Assembly (NCBI GenBank): GCA_046075565.1 | Contig: JBJTQJ010000119.1 | Location: forward strand, 32,001-96,000 | DNA length: 64,000 bases | Origin: Verrucomicrobiales bacterium | Lineage (GTDB): Bacteria > Verrucomicrobiota > Verrucomicrobiia > Verrucomicrobiales > SLCJ01 | Direction of reading: 5' to 3' | In this document: positions 29,488 through 38,726 of the stretch, one piece after another | How the letters are laid out: the number at the start of each line of letters is the position of its first letter | Numbering within the stretch: the first letter of the stretch is position 1 | Program-made: the position numbers and the translations under genes | Notes under the pieces: generated by a model | Seen by the model: only the letters and a program-made list of their open reading frames with translations | Told to the model about the DNA's origin: nothing | Databases searched by the model: none

Positions 29488-30051
29488 ATGCTTCTCGTCA
29501 TCGACAACTACGATTCCTTCACCTACAACCTCGTCCAGTATTTCGGCGAGTTGGGGGCGGAGGTGGTCGTGCGCCGCAACGACGAGATCGACCTCGCCGG
29601 CATCCGCACCCTCGCGCCGGAACGCATCTGCGTTTCCCCCGGACCTTGCACGCCTAACGAAGCCGGGATCAGTTGTGAAGTCATCCGCGAATTCGGGCCG
29701 CGTTTGCCGGTGCTCGGTGTTTGCCTCGGCCACCAGGCCATCGGCCAGGTCTTCGGCGGTGACGTCGTGCGCGCCCCGCGTCTCATGCACGGTAAGACCT
29801 CGATGATCGAACACGACGGCAAGGGCGTCTTCGCCGGTCTCAGCAATCCCTTCCAGGCCACGCGCTACCACTCGCTCATCATCGATCCACCGAGTGTACC
29901 CGCCGACCTCGAAGTCTGCGCTTGGACCGCCGAAAAAGAAATCATGGGCGTGCGCCACCGCGTCCATCCCATCCACGGCGTGCAATTCCACCCCGAAAGT
30001 ATTCTGACGCTCGAAGGAAAGAAGATCCTGGCGAATTTCTTGGGGATGTGA
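29488..30051 (+). CDS. trpG: Anthranilate/aminodeoxychorismate synthase component II
   Basis: [33 protein letters not shown]. Confidence 0.95.
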   Translation: MLLVIDNYDSFTYNLVQYFGELGAEVVVRRNDEIDLAGIRTLAPERICVSPGPCTPNEAGISCEVIREFGPRLPVLGVCLGHQAIGQVFGGDVVRAPRLMHGKTSMIEHDGKGVFAGLSNPFQATRYHSLIIDPPSVPADLEVCAWTAEKEIMGVRHRVHPIHGVQFHPESILTLEGKKILANFLGM

Positions 30052-30136
30052 GCGAAGCTGTCCAAGGATAGCGGCGCGAAGCGAAAGGTGGCGTTGTTTT
30101 GAGAGGGGATGCCACCACCCGGAGGAGAGTCAGCGA

Positions 30137-30231
30137 CGGTCACAGACACGCCGCTACAGGATTGAAATGGGCTACCGCCGATGGGCCGCCCCTTGGCTAT
30201 CTCTGGCACTGTAGCGGCGTGTCTGTGACCG
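30137..30231. repeat. GTAG-type REP doublet (23-bp perfect inverted repeat)
   Basis: cggtcacagacacgccgctacag (30137-59) / ctgtagcggcgtgtctgtgaccg (30209-31). Confidence 0.85.
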
Positions 30232-30297
30232 CCGGTAAATTCCGGAAGCAAGGTTGAGATTGACAACTCGTGGTCGATCTTGTCACCTGTGGTCAGG

Positions 30298-31422
30298 GTG
30301 AGACCTTTCCTCTCCACAGGCCTTCTGCTTTTTCTGCTCGCCACCGCATTGTGCCGGGCGGATGGGAAGATGTATTCCAGAATCGATGAGCCGCCCGTTG
30401 GATTGCCCTACCAGCGCGCGGTCATCTTCCACAATGAGGGCAAACAAACCCTCTTCCTCCAGAGCATGCTAGCTCCCGGATTGGGGGCCATCGAATCCGA
30501 GGTCGCATGGGTGGTGCCGGTGCCCTCGATGCCCGAGGTCGGTATACTGCGGACCGATACGAGCGAATCCACGACACGGTTTGTGTTCCGCCATCTCGCC
30601 CGAGTGAGCGGTCCGAAGGTGCACAAAGTGTCTTTCATCTTGCTCACGATCGTGTTTTGGGTCGCTTTCTCGGTCTGGACCTATCTCGTCTTCGATATTC
30701 TTCGCTTTCGTTATGGAGCACGCACCGGCTACAGCCGATTCTCCCCTAAGACGGAGTCGGTAATTCTTTAACTGTATTTCTTTCTCCTGCCCTTAATCAT
30801 CCTTATCGATTTCTCAAGATTCGGTGACGAGCCCCGTGGCTTGTCTGATCATGGGGTGCACAGCGTGGCTGATGGCCGGGTTGGTCGTATCGATTATAAG
30901 GTGGTGCTTCCGACGGATCCCGAAGCCTTGGAAAAATGGCTGAGGGAAAATGGTTATGGTTTCGCGGAAGGTGATCGGGTGCCCATTGCCGCCTACGTGA
31001 AGGCGGGCTGGCATTTCGTGGTTCTTCGCCTCAAGGTAGCAGTTGGGGAGAAGTTGGCTGCGCCGGATCCGATCCTCCTTCGTTTCGATGCCCCGAAGCC
31101 CATCTATCCACTTGCTCTCACCGCCACCGTCGGACAACCCGTGGAGGTGCTTCTCCATGTGTTTTCCTCCGGTCCAGTGGATGCGAGCAATGGCATGAAA
31201 ATGCGTTTCTCAGGTAATGTAGCAAGAGCACTAACCGATCAGTGGTATGAATTCTACAATGCCGAGCCGGAGGGGTTCTTTCCCCTGACCTCATGGGAAT
31301 TCCGCTTGCCCCACCTTACGACCTTCAAGGAAACCCTCACGCCCGAGCGCATGCGCGAGGACATCGTCTTCCGTCCGGCCCGCGATCCGACGCCCCTTCG
31401 CGAGGAGAGGTGGGAATGGTAG
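30298..31422 (+). pseudogene. DUF2330-like membrane protein with in-frame TAA at 30769
   Basis: The two ORFs are in the same frame. QRAVIF..AWVVPVPSMP precedes the stop; WLRENGY..YVKAGWHFV..PIYPL follows it; the bridging codons LYFFLLPLIILID are open. Confidence 0.75.
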
Positions 31423-31469
31423 GGCTGGCTCGTTTCGGCCTTGGGTGGAAGGACGTGGCAGCCCACCCA

Positions 31470-31600
31470 CCCGGCACGGGAAGCGTTGCCGCTACATTTC
31501 CGGCGTAGCGGAACGCCTTCGCGTTCCGATGGGGGAGGACGTCGCATCTGAAGAGAGGTGGAGCGTCGTTTGCCCGGCCCGGGAAGCCGTGCCGCTACTT
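31470..31600. repeat. GTAG-type REP-like cluster
   Basis: ggc.cgggaagc..tgccgctac occurs twice, plus gtagcggaacgccttcgcgttccg. Confidence 0.55.
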
Positions 31601-31679
31601 GCCCGGAGTCTGCCCCTCGACGGCCAAAGAAAGAGATTCCCCTTCCCACACGCGGGCGTGCGGCGTAATGATGGCGCGA

Positions 31680-32015
31680 ATGACTTATTTCCAATACCAT
31701 CTCGTTTTCAACCTTCCCGCGCTGCTGCTCCTGTTGTGGCTGAATCGCGGGCGGATGGGGGCGACGAAGTGGAAGTGGACCGGAGTCGTCGGGTTGATCG
31801 CCTTTCTTTTCACGACCCCTTGGGACAACTGGGCGGTGCATCAGGGCATGTGGGGATTCAATTGGGATGAGGTAGTGCCGATTTCCATTCCTGTACAAGG
31901 GGTGGTCTATCGCCTCCCGCTCGAGGAGTATGCCTTTTTCCTGATTGAAACCATCAATGTTTGTTTGCTGGTGAATCTGTTTTTGCCGAAGCCTGTCGCC
32001 CCATCCCGAACCTGA
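31680..32015 (+). CDS. Lycopene cyclase domain protein (CrtYc-like)
   Basis: MTYFQYHLVF, TTPWDNWAV..GMWGF, LPLEEYAFF. Confidence 0.85.
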   Translation: MTYFQYHLVFNLPALLLLLWLNRGRMGATKWKWTGVVGLIAFLFTTPWDNWAVHQGMWGFNWDEVVPISIPVQGVVYRLPLEEYAFFLIETINVCLLVNLFLPKPVAPSRT

Positions 32016-32021
32016 CCCGCC

Positions 32022-32351
32022 ATGTCGCCCTATCTTTCCCATCTGCTTGTCTGGTTCCTCCCGATCATTGCCATACAATGGGCGGTTGGCTGGAAGATCT
32101 TCCGGGCCAACCTCCGGGCGATCTTTCTCCCGACCCTGATTGCCGGAACTTACTATTCGCTGAGCGACGTGGTTGCCATCAGCGAGGGCATCTGGTTTTT
32201 CGGGGACAATCAAATCCTCGGGGTGTATGTCGGGCCGGTGCCGATTGAGGAGATACTCTTCTTTTTCCTGACGGCATTGTTGGTGGCGCAATCGTTCGTG
32301 CTTTTCCTGCCCGCGCGTCTGCGCCATGGTGGCGGCGAGAAGCCGACATGA
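32022..32351 (+). CDS. Lycopene cyclase domain protein (CrtYd-like)
   Basis: D-VAISEGIWFF, GVYVGPVPIEEILFF. Confidence 0.85.
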   Translation: MSPYLSHLLVWFLPIIAIQWAVGWKIFRANLRAIFLPTLIAGTYYSLSDVVAISEGIWFFGDNQILGVYVGPVPIEEILFFFLTALLVAQSFVLFLPARLRHGGGEKPT

Positions 32352-32980
32352 ACCCAGACCCCGCCGCCGATTTTCCCGTTTTCCGCCGTGATGCCGATGC
32401 CGCCCCCGGATGGGAGCGTCTCAAGGTGGATGTCTCTTTGCAGACGCCTTTCCTGCAGGTCGAGCAGACCGAGATCCGCAGTCCGGCCCATCCTGAGGGT
32501 GGGGTTCATTGGACGATCGTGCGCCGGAAAAATGCCGTGGTCATCGCCCCGCGCCTGCCGGACGGGCGGTTCCTGCTCATCCACCAGGAGCGATATCCAA
32601 TCCAGCGGACCTTATGGGAGTTCCCCGCCGGGCAAATCGACACCATCGAGCGGGGGGACGATCCGGAAGCCATCCGCGCCACGGTAGAGCGGGAGTTGGT
32701 GGAAGAAACCGGCCATGCCCTCGACCCGGTGCACGGGCGGCTGACCGCGCTCGGTTACTATTTTTCCTCCCAGGGATTCACGGACGAACACGCCTATCTT
32801 TTCCTGGTCGAGGGACTGACCCCGGTGGCCTCGGGGCGCTTGGGGGAGGGCGACGAGGCCATCCATGAGGCACGGGCCTTCGGGATCGACGAAATCCGGG
32901 AAATGATTGCCGGGAATGTCATCCAGGACGCCAATACCCTTGCGACGTATGCCCGGTTGGCGGCCCGTGGCTTGATTTGA
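32348..32980 (+). CDS. NUDIX hydrolase (ADP-ribose pyrophosphatase-like)
   Basis: WEFPAGQID...RELVEETG, SQGFTDE. Confidence 0.9.
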   Translation: MNPDPAADFPVFRRDADAAPGWERLKVDVSLQTPFLQVEQTEIRSPAHPEGGVHWTIVRRKNAVVIAPRLPDGRFLLIHQERYPIQRTLWEFPAGQIDTIERGDDPEAIRATVERELVEETGHALDPVHGRLTALGYYFSSQGFTDEHAYLFLVEGLTPVASGRLGEGDEAIHEARAFGIDEIREMIAGNVIQDANTLATYARLAARGLI

Positions 32981-33031
32981 TGGACGTTGCATCGCGTCCG
33001 CATCCGCGTAGGTTTCCCGTTCTGCCGCCGC

Positions 33032-34555
33032 ATGTTCGTCCTCAAAAAGTTATTCCAAGCCCGCTCCAAGGTGGCCCGGAAACGGTCCAAATGGGACGAC
33101 GTGGAAAAGCCCTTCCTCGATCACCTCGAGGATCTGCGGAAGATGCTGATGAAGGTGGCCATGACGCTGGCGATCACGATGACGTTGTGTTTCGTCTTCG
33201 ACAAAGAGCTGATGGAACTCGTGCGTTACCCGGTGAAAATGGCCGGGCTGGATTCGATGGATGGCAGCAAGCTCCCCGGAGAGATCTCCGAAGCCGACTG
33301 GGGCAAGATCAAGGACATGTCGCGCTCGTTGGCGACGCTCGATGAGAAAGCGAGGGAAAGTTATATCGCATGGGTGCCCGAGCCGTTGCGGGATGCCACC
33401 GTGGCCACGCATTATTTCCGCGCCGCCCTCACGTTGCCGCAGGAATCTCGGGCGGCATTTGTTACGGAGGTTTTGCCCGCTGGTCCGCGCCGTCAATTGG
33501 CCTTGTTTCTGGTGGAGAAAAACCCGGAGGCCCGCATCGACGAGGGCGGACAACTTCTGCGCATGACCGCACTCGGTCCGGCGGAAACCTTCACCCTCTC
33601 ACTCAAGCTTTCCTTCTTCGCCGGCATCATCATCTCTTTTCCGCTCCTGCTATGGTTCATCGCGGAGTTCATCCTGCCGGGATTGACCAAACACGAACGC
33701 AAACTCGTGCTGCCCTCGGTGCTGGTCGGCTTTATCCTTTTCGGCATCGGTGTTTGTTTCGCCTACTTTGTCGTCACACCGAAAGCCCTGCAGTTCTTCT
33801 ACGAATACAGCCTCCGGCTCGGCGTGGTTTCCGATTGGCGCATCGGATACTTCGTTTCGTTTGTCACGCAGTTCACGCTCATTTTCGGTCTCTGCTTCGA
33901 GCTGCCGGTGGTGGTCATGGCCTTGGTGAAACTCGGTTTGCTTTCCTATCCGACCATGAGCAGGACGCGGTCTTATGCGATCGTCGCCATCTTCATCATC
34001 TCGGCCATCATTACCCCGACCACCGATGCCATCACGCTGCTGCTCTTGGCCGGACCGATGGTCTTCCTCTACGAGATTTGTATCTGGTTGGCGTGGTTGA
34101 TTGAACGCAAGGAGAGACGCGAGGCCGAGAAAGAGGACAAGGAATGGCAGGAACGCAGGCTGAAACCCGCGCTAGCGGTCGCCCCGGCCGCCGGAGCGGC
34201 TGCTGCCATTTCCGTGGATGACATTCCGGTGGAAGACCCGCCCCCTGGTCCCGAGGAACCATGGCATGACCCCTACCTCGCGCCCGAGAGAGAATCCTGG
34301 CCAGATGATCCCGAGCGGCGCGACCATCAGACCTTCGATGGGCAGGACGACGAAGAGGTGGAGACTGGCGGGCCGGACGCGGGAGCCGAGGATTTGCCGG
34401 TGGTTTCACCCGCTCCCGGGGCGGTGGCGCGCCCGGATTTCGACGAACTCCCCCTCGATTGGGGGCAGCCCGACGACCCTGATGCCGATCGCGCCAACGA
34501 GGGGAAAACCGGAGAAAATCCCGGGAAGGACGAAAAAAATCTTCCGGAAGCATGA
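33032..34555 (+). CDS. tatC: Twin-arginine translocase subunit TatC
   Basis: PFLDHLEDLR, FILPGL, FELP, AIITPTTD, LYEI; has a large insertion and an acidic tail. Confidence 0.93.
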   Translation: MFVLKKLFQARSKVARKRSKWDDVEKPFLDHLEDLRKMLMKVAMTLAITMTLCFVFDKELMELVRYPVKMAGLDSMDGSKLPGEISEADWGKIKDMSRSLATLDEKARESYIAWVPEPLRDATVATHYFRAALTLPQESRAAFVTEVLPAGPRRQLALFLVEKNPEARIDEGGQLLRMTALGPAETFTLSLKLSFFAGIIISFPLLLWFIAEFILPGLTKHERKLVLPSVLVGFILFGIGVCFAYFVVTPKALQFFYEYSLRLGVVSDWRIGYFVSFVTQFTLIFGLCFELPVVVMALVKLGLLSYPTMSRTRSYAIVAIFIISAIITPTTDAITLLLLAGPMVFLYEICIWLAWLIERKERREAEKEDKEWQERRLKPALAVAPAAGAAAAISVDDIPVEDPPPGPEEPWHDPYLAPERESWPDDPERRDHQTFDGQDDEEVETGGPDAGAEDLPVVSPAPGAVARPDFDELPLDWGQPDDPDADRANEGKTGENPGKDEKNLPEA

Positions 34556-34599
34556 AAATTCCGCTGGTCAATTCACCCGGATTCGCGATAGGGAAGGCC

Positions 34600-35091
34600 A
34601 TGCGTTTTCCCTCGCTTCTGCTGCTCTCCACTTTCCTGGTTTTCCTGCCGTCCTGCGAGTCGGTGGACCCCCAGGTTGCCGCCCGCAATGCCCTCATCGC
34701 GGCCGAGCCGCGCGGAGACTATTACATCGGCCGACGCTACCATGTGGATACCACCCGGTTCTGGGGCTACGTGCGCGAACCGGGCCAACCGTGGTCCACG
34801 GCCCGATTGGTGATCATGAATGAATCTCGCAAAACCACACCCGATCGTCTGCCCGAGGAAGGGGATGGGATGCTGCATGGTTTCGACAACAATCAGGAAT
34901 ACCGCATCCGCGGGCGCTACACCGGGCGCGGGTTCTACGATCCGAACAGCAACCTCACCCTCCCGGAGTTCATGCCCGTGAGCTTTGAACTCATCAATCC
35001 CAGCCCCGGTTTCCTTTTCAATCCCAAGGAACGCAGCGATCCCGGGGCCGTCTCCATCGTGCCACCGGGCGGAATCAAACAGTGGCCGTGA
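34600..35091 (+). CDS. Hypothetical lipoprotein
   Basis: Signal with lipobox LPSC; EPRGDYYIGRRY..FWGYVR..PDRLPE. Confidence 0.75.
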   Translation: MRFPSLLLLSTFLVFLPSCESVDPQVAARNALIAAEPRGDYYIGRRYHVDTTRFWGYVREPGQPWSTARLVIMNESRKTTPDRLPEEGDGMLHGFDNNQEYRIRGRYTGRGFYDPNSNLTLPEFMPVSFELINPSPGFLFNPKERSDPGAVSIVPPGGIKQWP

Positions 35092-35260
35092 GGAGGAGGG
35101 GAGGAGGTGGAAGAACGTTTTCGGGTGTCTGGGGCGATGGGTTCACTTCGGGAAACGTGATTGGCTCCTGGCTGCTCTTCCCCCACGGACGTTTGGGGAC
35201 AAACGTCCCTGCCCTTGTCGTGTGGACGGTTGAGTCGATGGGCAATGGCGGATCGAACAG

Positions 35261-35313
35261 GTCAGACCGGGCCTACTTCGCCAAGGTTTCGAAGGCTACA
35301 ACGGTCTGACTAC
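35261..35313. repeat. Second copy of the 22216-22268 hairpin repeat
   Basis: agaccgggcctacttcgccaagg.ttcgaaggct.caacggtct is shared with 22219-22262. Confidence 0.85.
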
Positions 35314-35439
35314 GGCCATGAAATATGATCGGCCCTTCGACTGGCAGGGACCGCTGTCCCCAGCGGTCCGTGTGATCGTGAAGCCATTGCTGGCGTGATT
35401 GGCGCTTGCGCGACCCCTGCCAGCGCCGACATTTGCGGC

Positions 35440-35859
35440 ATGGCAATTGAAACTTCACTGATCCTATTTAAACCTGATGCCGTCGAGAAAAAGCTCGTCG
35501 GGACTGTCCTCACACGCTTCGAATCAGCCGGCTTCCGCATCCGTGGCCTCAAGATGATGGGCCTGACTCCTGAACTGCTGGCAGAACACTATTCGCACAT
35601 CGCCGACAAACCGTTTTTCCCGGAAATCGTCGAATTCATGAGCCGCACCCCGGTCGTTGCTCTCGCCCTCGAAGGCGACGACGTGATCGCCAAGGTGCGC
35701 GACCTGCTCGGCCCCACCGACTCGCGCAAGGCTGAGAAAGGCACCATCCGTGGCGATTTCGGCGAGGACATGATGGTCAATGTCTGCCATGCCTCCGACG
35801 GTCCCGAAGCGGCCGCCGCCGAACTCAAGCGGTTCTTCGGCGCCGGTGAGGTATTCTAA
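35440..35859 (+). CDS. ndk: Nucleoside diphosphate kinase
   Basis: FKPDAV, HYSH, PFF, GTIRGDF, NVCHASD. Confidence 0.97.
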   Translation: MAIETSLILFKPDAVEKKLVGTVLTRFESAGFRIRGLKMMGLTPELLAEHYSHIADKPFFPEIVEFMSRTPVVALALEGDDVIAKVRDLLGPTDSRKAEKGTIRGDFGEDMMVNVCHASDGPEAAAAELKRFFGAGEVF

Positions 35860-35915
35860 GATCTGCTTTTTCTTCCCTATCCCGAAAAGCTTTTCCGCCC
35901 GCGTCGTGGATCTCC

Positions 35916-35938
35916 CTCCCGGCGCGGGAGCATTTTTT
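35916..35938 (+). terminator. Possible intrinsic terminator after ndk
   Basis: ctcccg-gcg-cgggag followed by catttttt. Confidence 0.4.
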
Positions 35939-36063
35939 GGGTGGCGGAGCGAAGCGGGAGACCGCGCTGACCGCCTGATGGATTGTCGCTTGTTGGAATG
36001 CCGGGGCGCTCGTAGGATCTGGGGCTCCGCGCGCCCGCGGGTCAAACCCGCCATCGCCGCCTC

Positions 36064-37275
36064 ATGGAGAACCCGACTTCGGAAACCACCTCGACTGCCC
36101 TTGCGCGGCGGTTGAACTTATGGGCGGCAGTTTTGTTAGCGATCACCTTTTTGGCAGGATTCGGCAGCGGCGTGCGCAAATGGATGCAGGACCCCCCGAA
36201 GCCGGAGTGGTCCTACTACTCCAATTATGTCGTGAAGCCTCTGGAGGAAACGAATGGTCCGGAGAAAGCGATGTTCGGGTATTTTCCTGGTTGCCGGGCC
36301 ATACTCACCATCTTCGTCCGCACCGAGCCGGTTGGATATTTTCTCTTCGCCGCCTTGAACGCTGCCTGCTGCGCCGGCGTGCTGCGAATGATTTATCTGC
36401 GCGAGTCGCGCGGGCGGGACGACCCCGCCGGCTTGCTCTGGCTCGGCATCGCGGCGGTCGTGCCGGTGCTCTTTGCTTTGCAGAACAATCAACTCGTCGC
36501 TCCCGCTGTTTACCTGAGCATGCTTGCCTTCACGCTCGCCGAGCGGGGAAAAGAGAAGACAGCCGGTCTGTGGTTCGCCCTCGGTGTTTTGCTCAAATCC
36601 TTGCCCCTTCCGATGCTGGCCTTTCCTTTGTTGATAGGGCGATGGAGGATGGTAGCGACCGCTTGCCTCGCCCTCGGATTGGGCAGCTTGGGTCTGGCGA
36701 CATGGACTGATGGCTGGCAACAAAGCCTGAAACACCATCTCGCCTATCCTGCGCAGGTGCTGGCGCAGAGTCCATCCAAAGCGGCGGACCCGAGCGAGAA
36801 GGCCCCGAGGTCATTCCATCACAATCGCTCGCCGGGCGCTGAGCTGACCCGCTTGGCGCGGGCCACCGGGATCAAGGCTGTCGCCCTCTTGCATCCGGTT
36901 TTTGTGATCGGCACGCTGGCTTTTCTGGCATGGCTCACCGTGCGCGGCGGGACAAACGCGGCCTTTTTTTGGCCGAAATTGACGGCATGGTTCGCGTGGG
37001 TGGCGGCGGCGGCTCCGTTCGGTCGTTACTATTATCTGCTCTTCTTGCTGCCCGCGATGTTCTCGGCCGGATGGTTGGCGGTTGAGAAATCGGGAAGACA
37101 CCGCAACCTATGTTTGGCTGGCTTGGCAATCGCAAGCGCCCTCACCTTGCTGACCCGTTCACCCAATCCCAGCTACGCGCTGCTTTCCGTCTCGATGCTC
37201 GCTTTCAGTCTGACCCAGCTCGCCCGGATGGTGAAGTCCGAACCGAGGTCTGAAGCCGCGCTTGTCGGTGGTTGA
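36064..37275 (+). CDS. GT87/DUF2029-like membrane glycosyltransferase
   Basis: Multi-TM; GYFPG, ALQNNQ, LGVLLK.LP, HNRS, RYYY pattern. Confidence 0.65.
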   Translation: MENPTSETTSTALARRLNLWAAVLLAITFLAGFGSGVRKWMQDPPKPEWSYYSNYVVKPLEETNGPEKAMFGYFPGCRAILTIFVRTEPVGYFLFAALNAACCAGVLRMIYLRESRGRDDPAGLLWLGIAAVVPVLFALQNNQLVAPAVYLSMLAFTLAERGKEKTAGLWFALGVLLKSLPLPMLAFPLLIGRWRMVATACLALGLGSLGLATWTDGWQQSLKHHLAYPAQVLAQSPSKAADPSEKAPRSFHHNRSPGAELTRLARATGIKAVALLHPVFVIGTLAFLAWLTVRGGTNAAFFWPKLTAWFAWVAAAAPFGRYYYLLFLLPAMFSAGWLAVEKSGRHRNLCLAGLAIASALTLLTRSPNPSYALLSVSMLAFSLTQLARMVKSEPRSEAALVGG

Positions 37276-37368
37276 GTCGGGATAAGGCCGGGCTCGAGAG
37301 ACGATTGAAAATCCAGCATTGATCTTTTGCGTTCGAAGTGGCATAAACCGTTAATTCAAGATCTTCCT

Positions 37369-38628
37369 ATGTCACACCGTTCCCGCTTTTCCCCTTGGAT
37401 TGCGGTCGCCATGATGCTGCCATTGCCTGCCATCGCGCAGGAGGTTGCCGCGCAGGAAGCGCCCCCGGCGTCAACCTATGAGAATCTCGAAGTCCTTCCC
37501 GCCGAAAAGTTGATCCCCGCGCCTTTGCGATCAGGGGAAGGTTTTATCGTCGAGAATCCGGTTGCTACCGATGGGTATTTCGGGATCTATCTGCTGCGCA
37601 GCCAGCATGGTGTCTTTGAATGCCACGGCAAAGAGATGCTGGAGATCCGTGTCGACGAGTTGCGCGCGATCCGTGAGATCGACGCCATCAACAAGGGCGA
37701 CGCCTTTTTGAAAGCAGCCGGCGACGCCGTGGCCAAACCGGTCCAGGCGACGGCAAAGTTGGTGCGTGATCCGAAAGGCACCATCGAGAAGGTCCCGCAC
37801 GGGGTCGCCTCGTTGTTCCAACGCGCCGGCAAAGGACTCGAAAAAGCGGGCAAGACCGTGGCCGGCGGGGTGGAAAACCTCGGGCGACGTATGGAAGGCG
37901 AGGAAGGGGAACCGGGACCTCCGATCAACTGGCGGGAATGGACCCCCGGCTTCAGTAAAAACCGCAACAAATGGGCAAGCCAACTCCGCGTCGATCCTTA
38001 CACCACCAATCCGGTATTGGCGGAGAAATTGGATCAGATCACCGCGGTCACTTTCAGCACGGATCTCGTCACGGGCATTGGTGTGGGATTGGTGGCTCCG
38101 CCACTCGGGATGGTTGGCTCCGTGGACAAATATGTGCTCACCGAACAGCCGGAAAAAATCCGTGAACGCGTGGCGAAGAACTTGGCGGAACTCCAGATAA
38201 AGAAGGAGGAGGTGGAAACCTTCTTCACCAATGCTGCCTTTACGCCGACCCTGCAGGCGCGATTCGCGCAAGCCCTGACCTCATTGGCAGGCACGGCCAA
38301 CCTCGATGCGGCCATGGGATTGGCAGCAGCGGTGCAATCCGAAACCCAGGCCCGTTTGCTGTGCGCCTCCCTGGAGTCGCTGGCCGCGAAACGCCCCGCT
38401 CCCGATGCCTATAAAAGCCTGGTTGCCATCGCTCCATTGCCTGCGGTCATCCGCGCGGATGGATCGTTGCTCGTGCCCGCGCCGCTGGATGTGCTGCCAT
38501 GGACTGTGGCCACCGAAGCCTTCGTAAAACGTGCGGAAGCCTATCCCAAGCGCGTGCTTCTGCTTCCCAGCCAGACCACCACCAGCGCCCGTCTGCATCT
38601 CGCCCAAATGGGTTGGACATTCGAGTGA
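37369..38628 (+). CDS. Exported hypothetical protein
   Basis: Signal peptide, 419 aa, LRVDPYTTNPVL motif; codon usage like the neighbouring genes. Confidence 0.75.
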   Translation: MSHRSRFSPWIAVAMMLPLPAIAQEVAAQEAPPASTYENLEVLPAEKLIPAPLRSGEGFIVENPVATDGYFGIYLLRSQHGVFECHGKEMLEIRVDELRAIREIDAINKGDAFLKAAGDAVAKPVQATAKLVRDPKGTIEKVPHGVASLFQRAGKGLEKAGKTVAGGVENLGRRMEGEEGEPGPPINWREWTPGFSKNRNKWASQLRVDPYTTNPVLAEKLDQITAVTFSTDLVTGIGVGLVAPPLGMVGSVDKYVLTEQPEKIRERVAKNLAELQIKKEEVETFFTNAAFTPTLQARFAQALTSLAGTANLDAAMGLAAAVQSETQARLLCASLESLAAKRPAPDAYKSLVAIAPLPAVIRADGSLLVPAPLDVLPWTVATEAFVKRAEAYPKRVLLLPSQTTTSARLHLAQMGWTFE

Positions 38629-38726
38629 TCCTCTGCCGGGATTTGCATTGCCGCGCCGTCGGCGGGAGGTATGTTGGGTGGCCGAAGTCCTCTTCGCGGC
38701 CTCTAACATCCTGATTTCCGCTGTCT

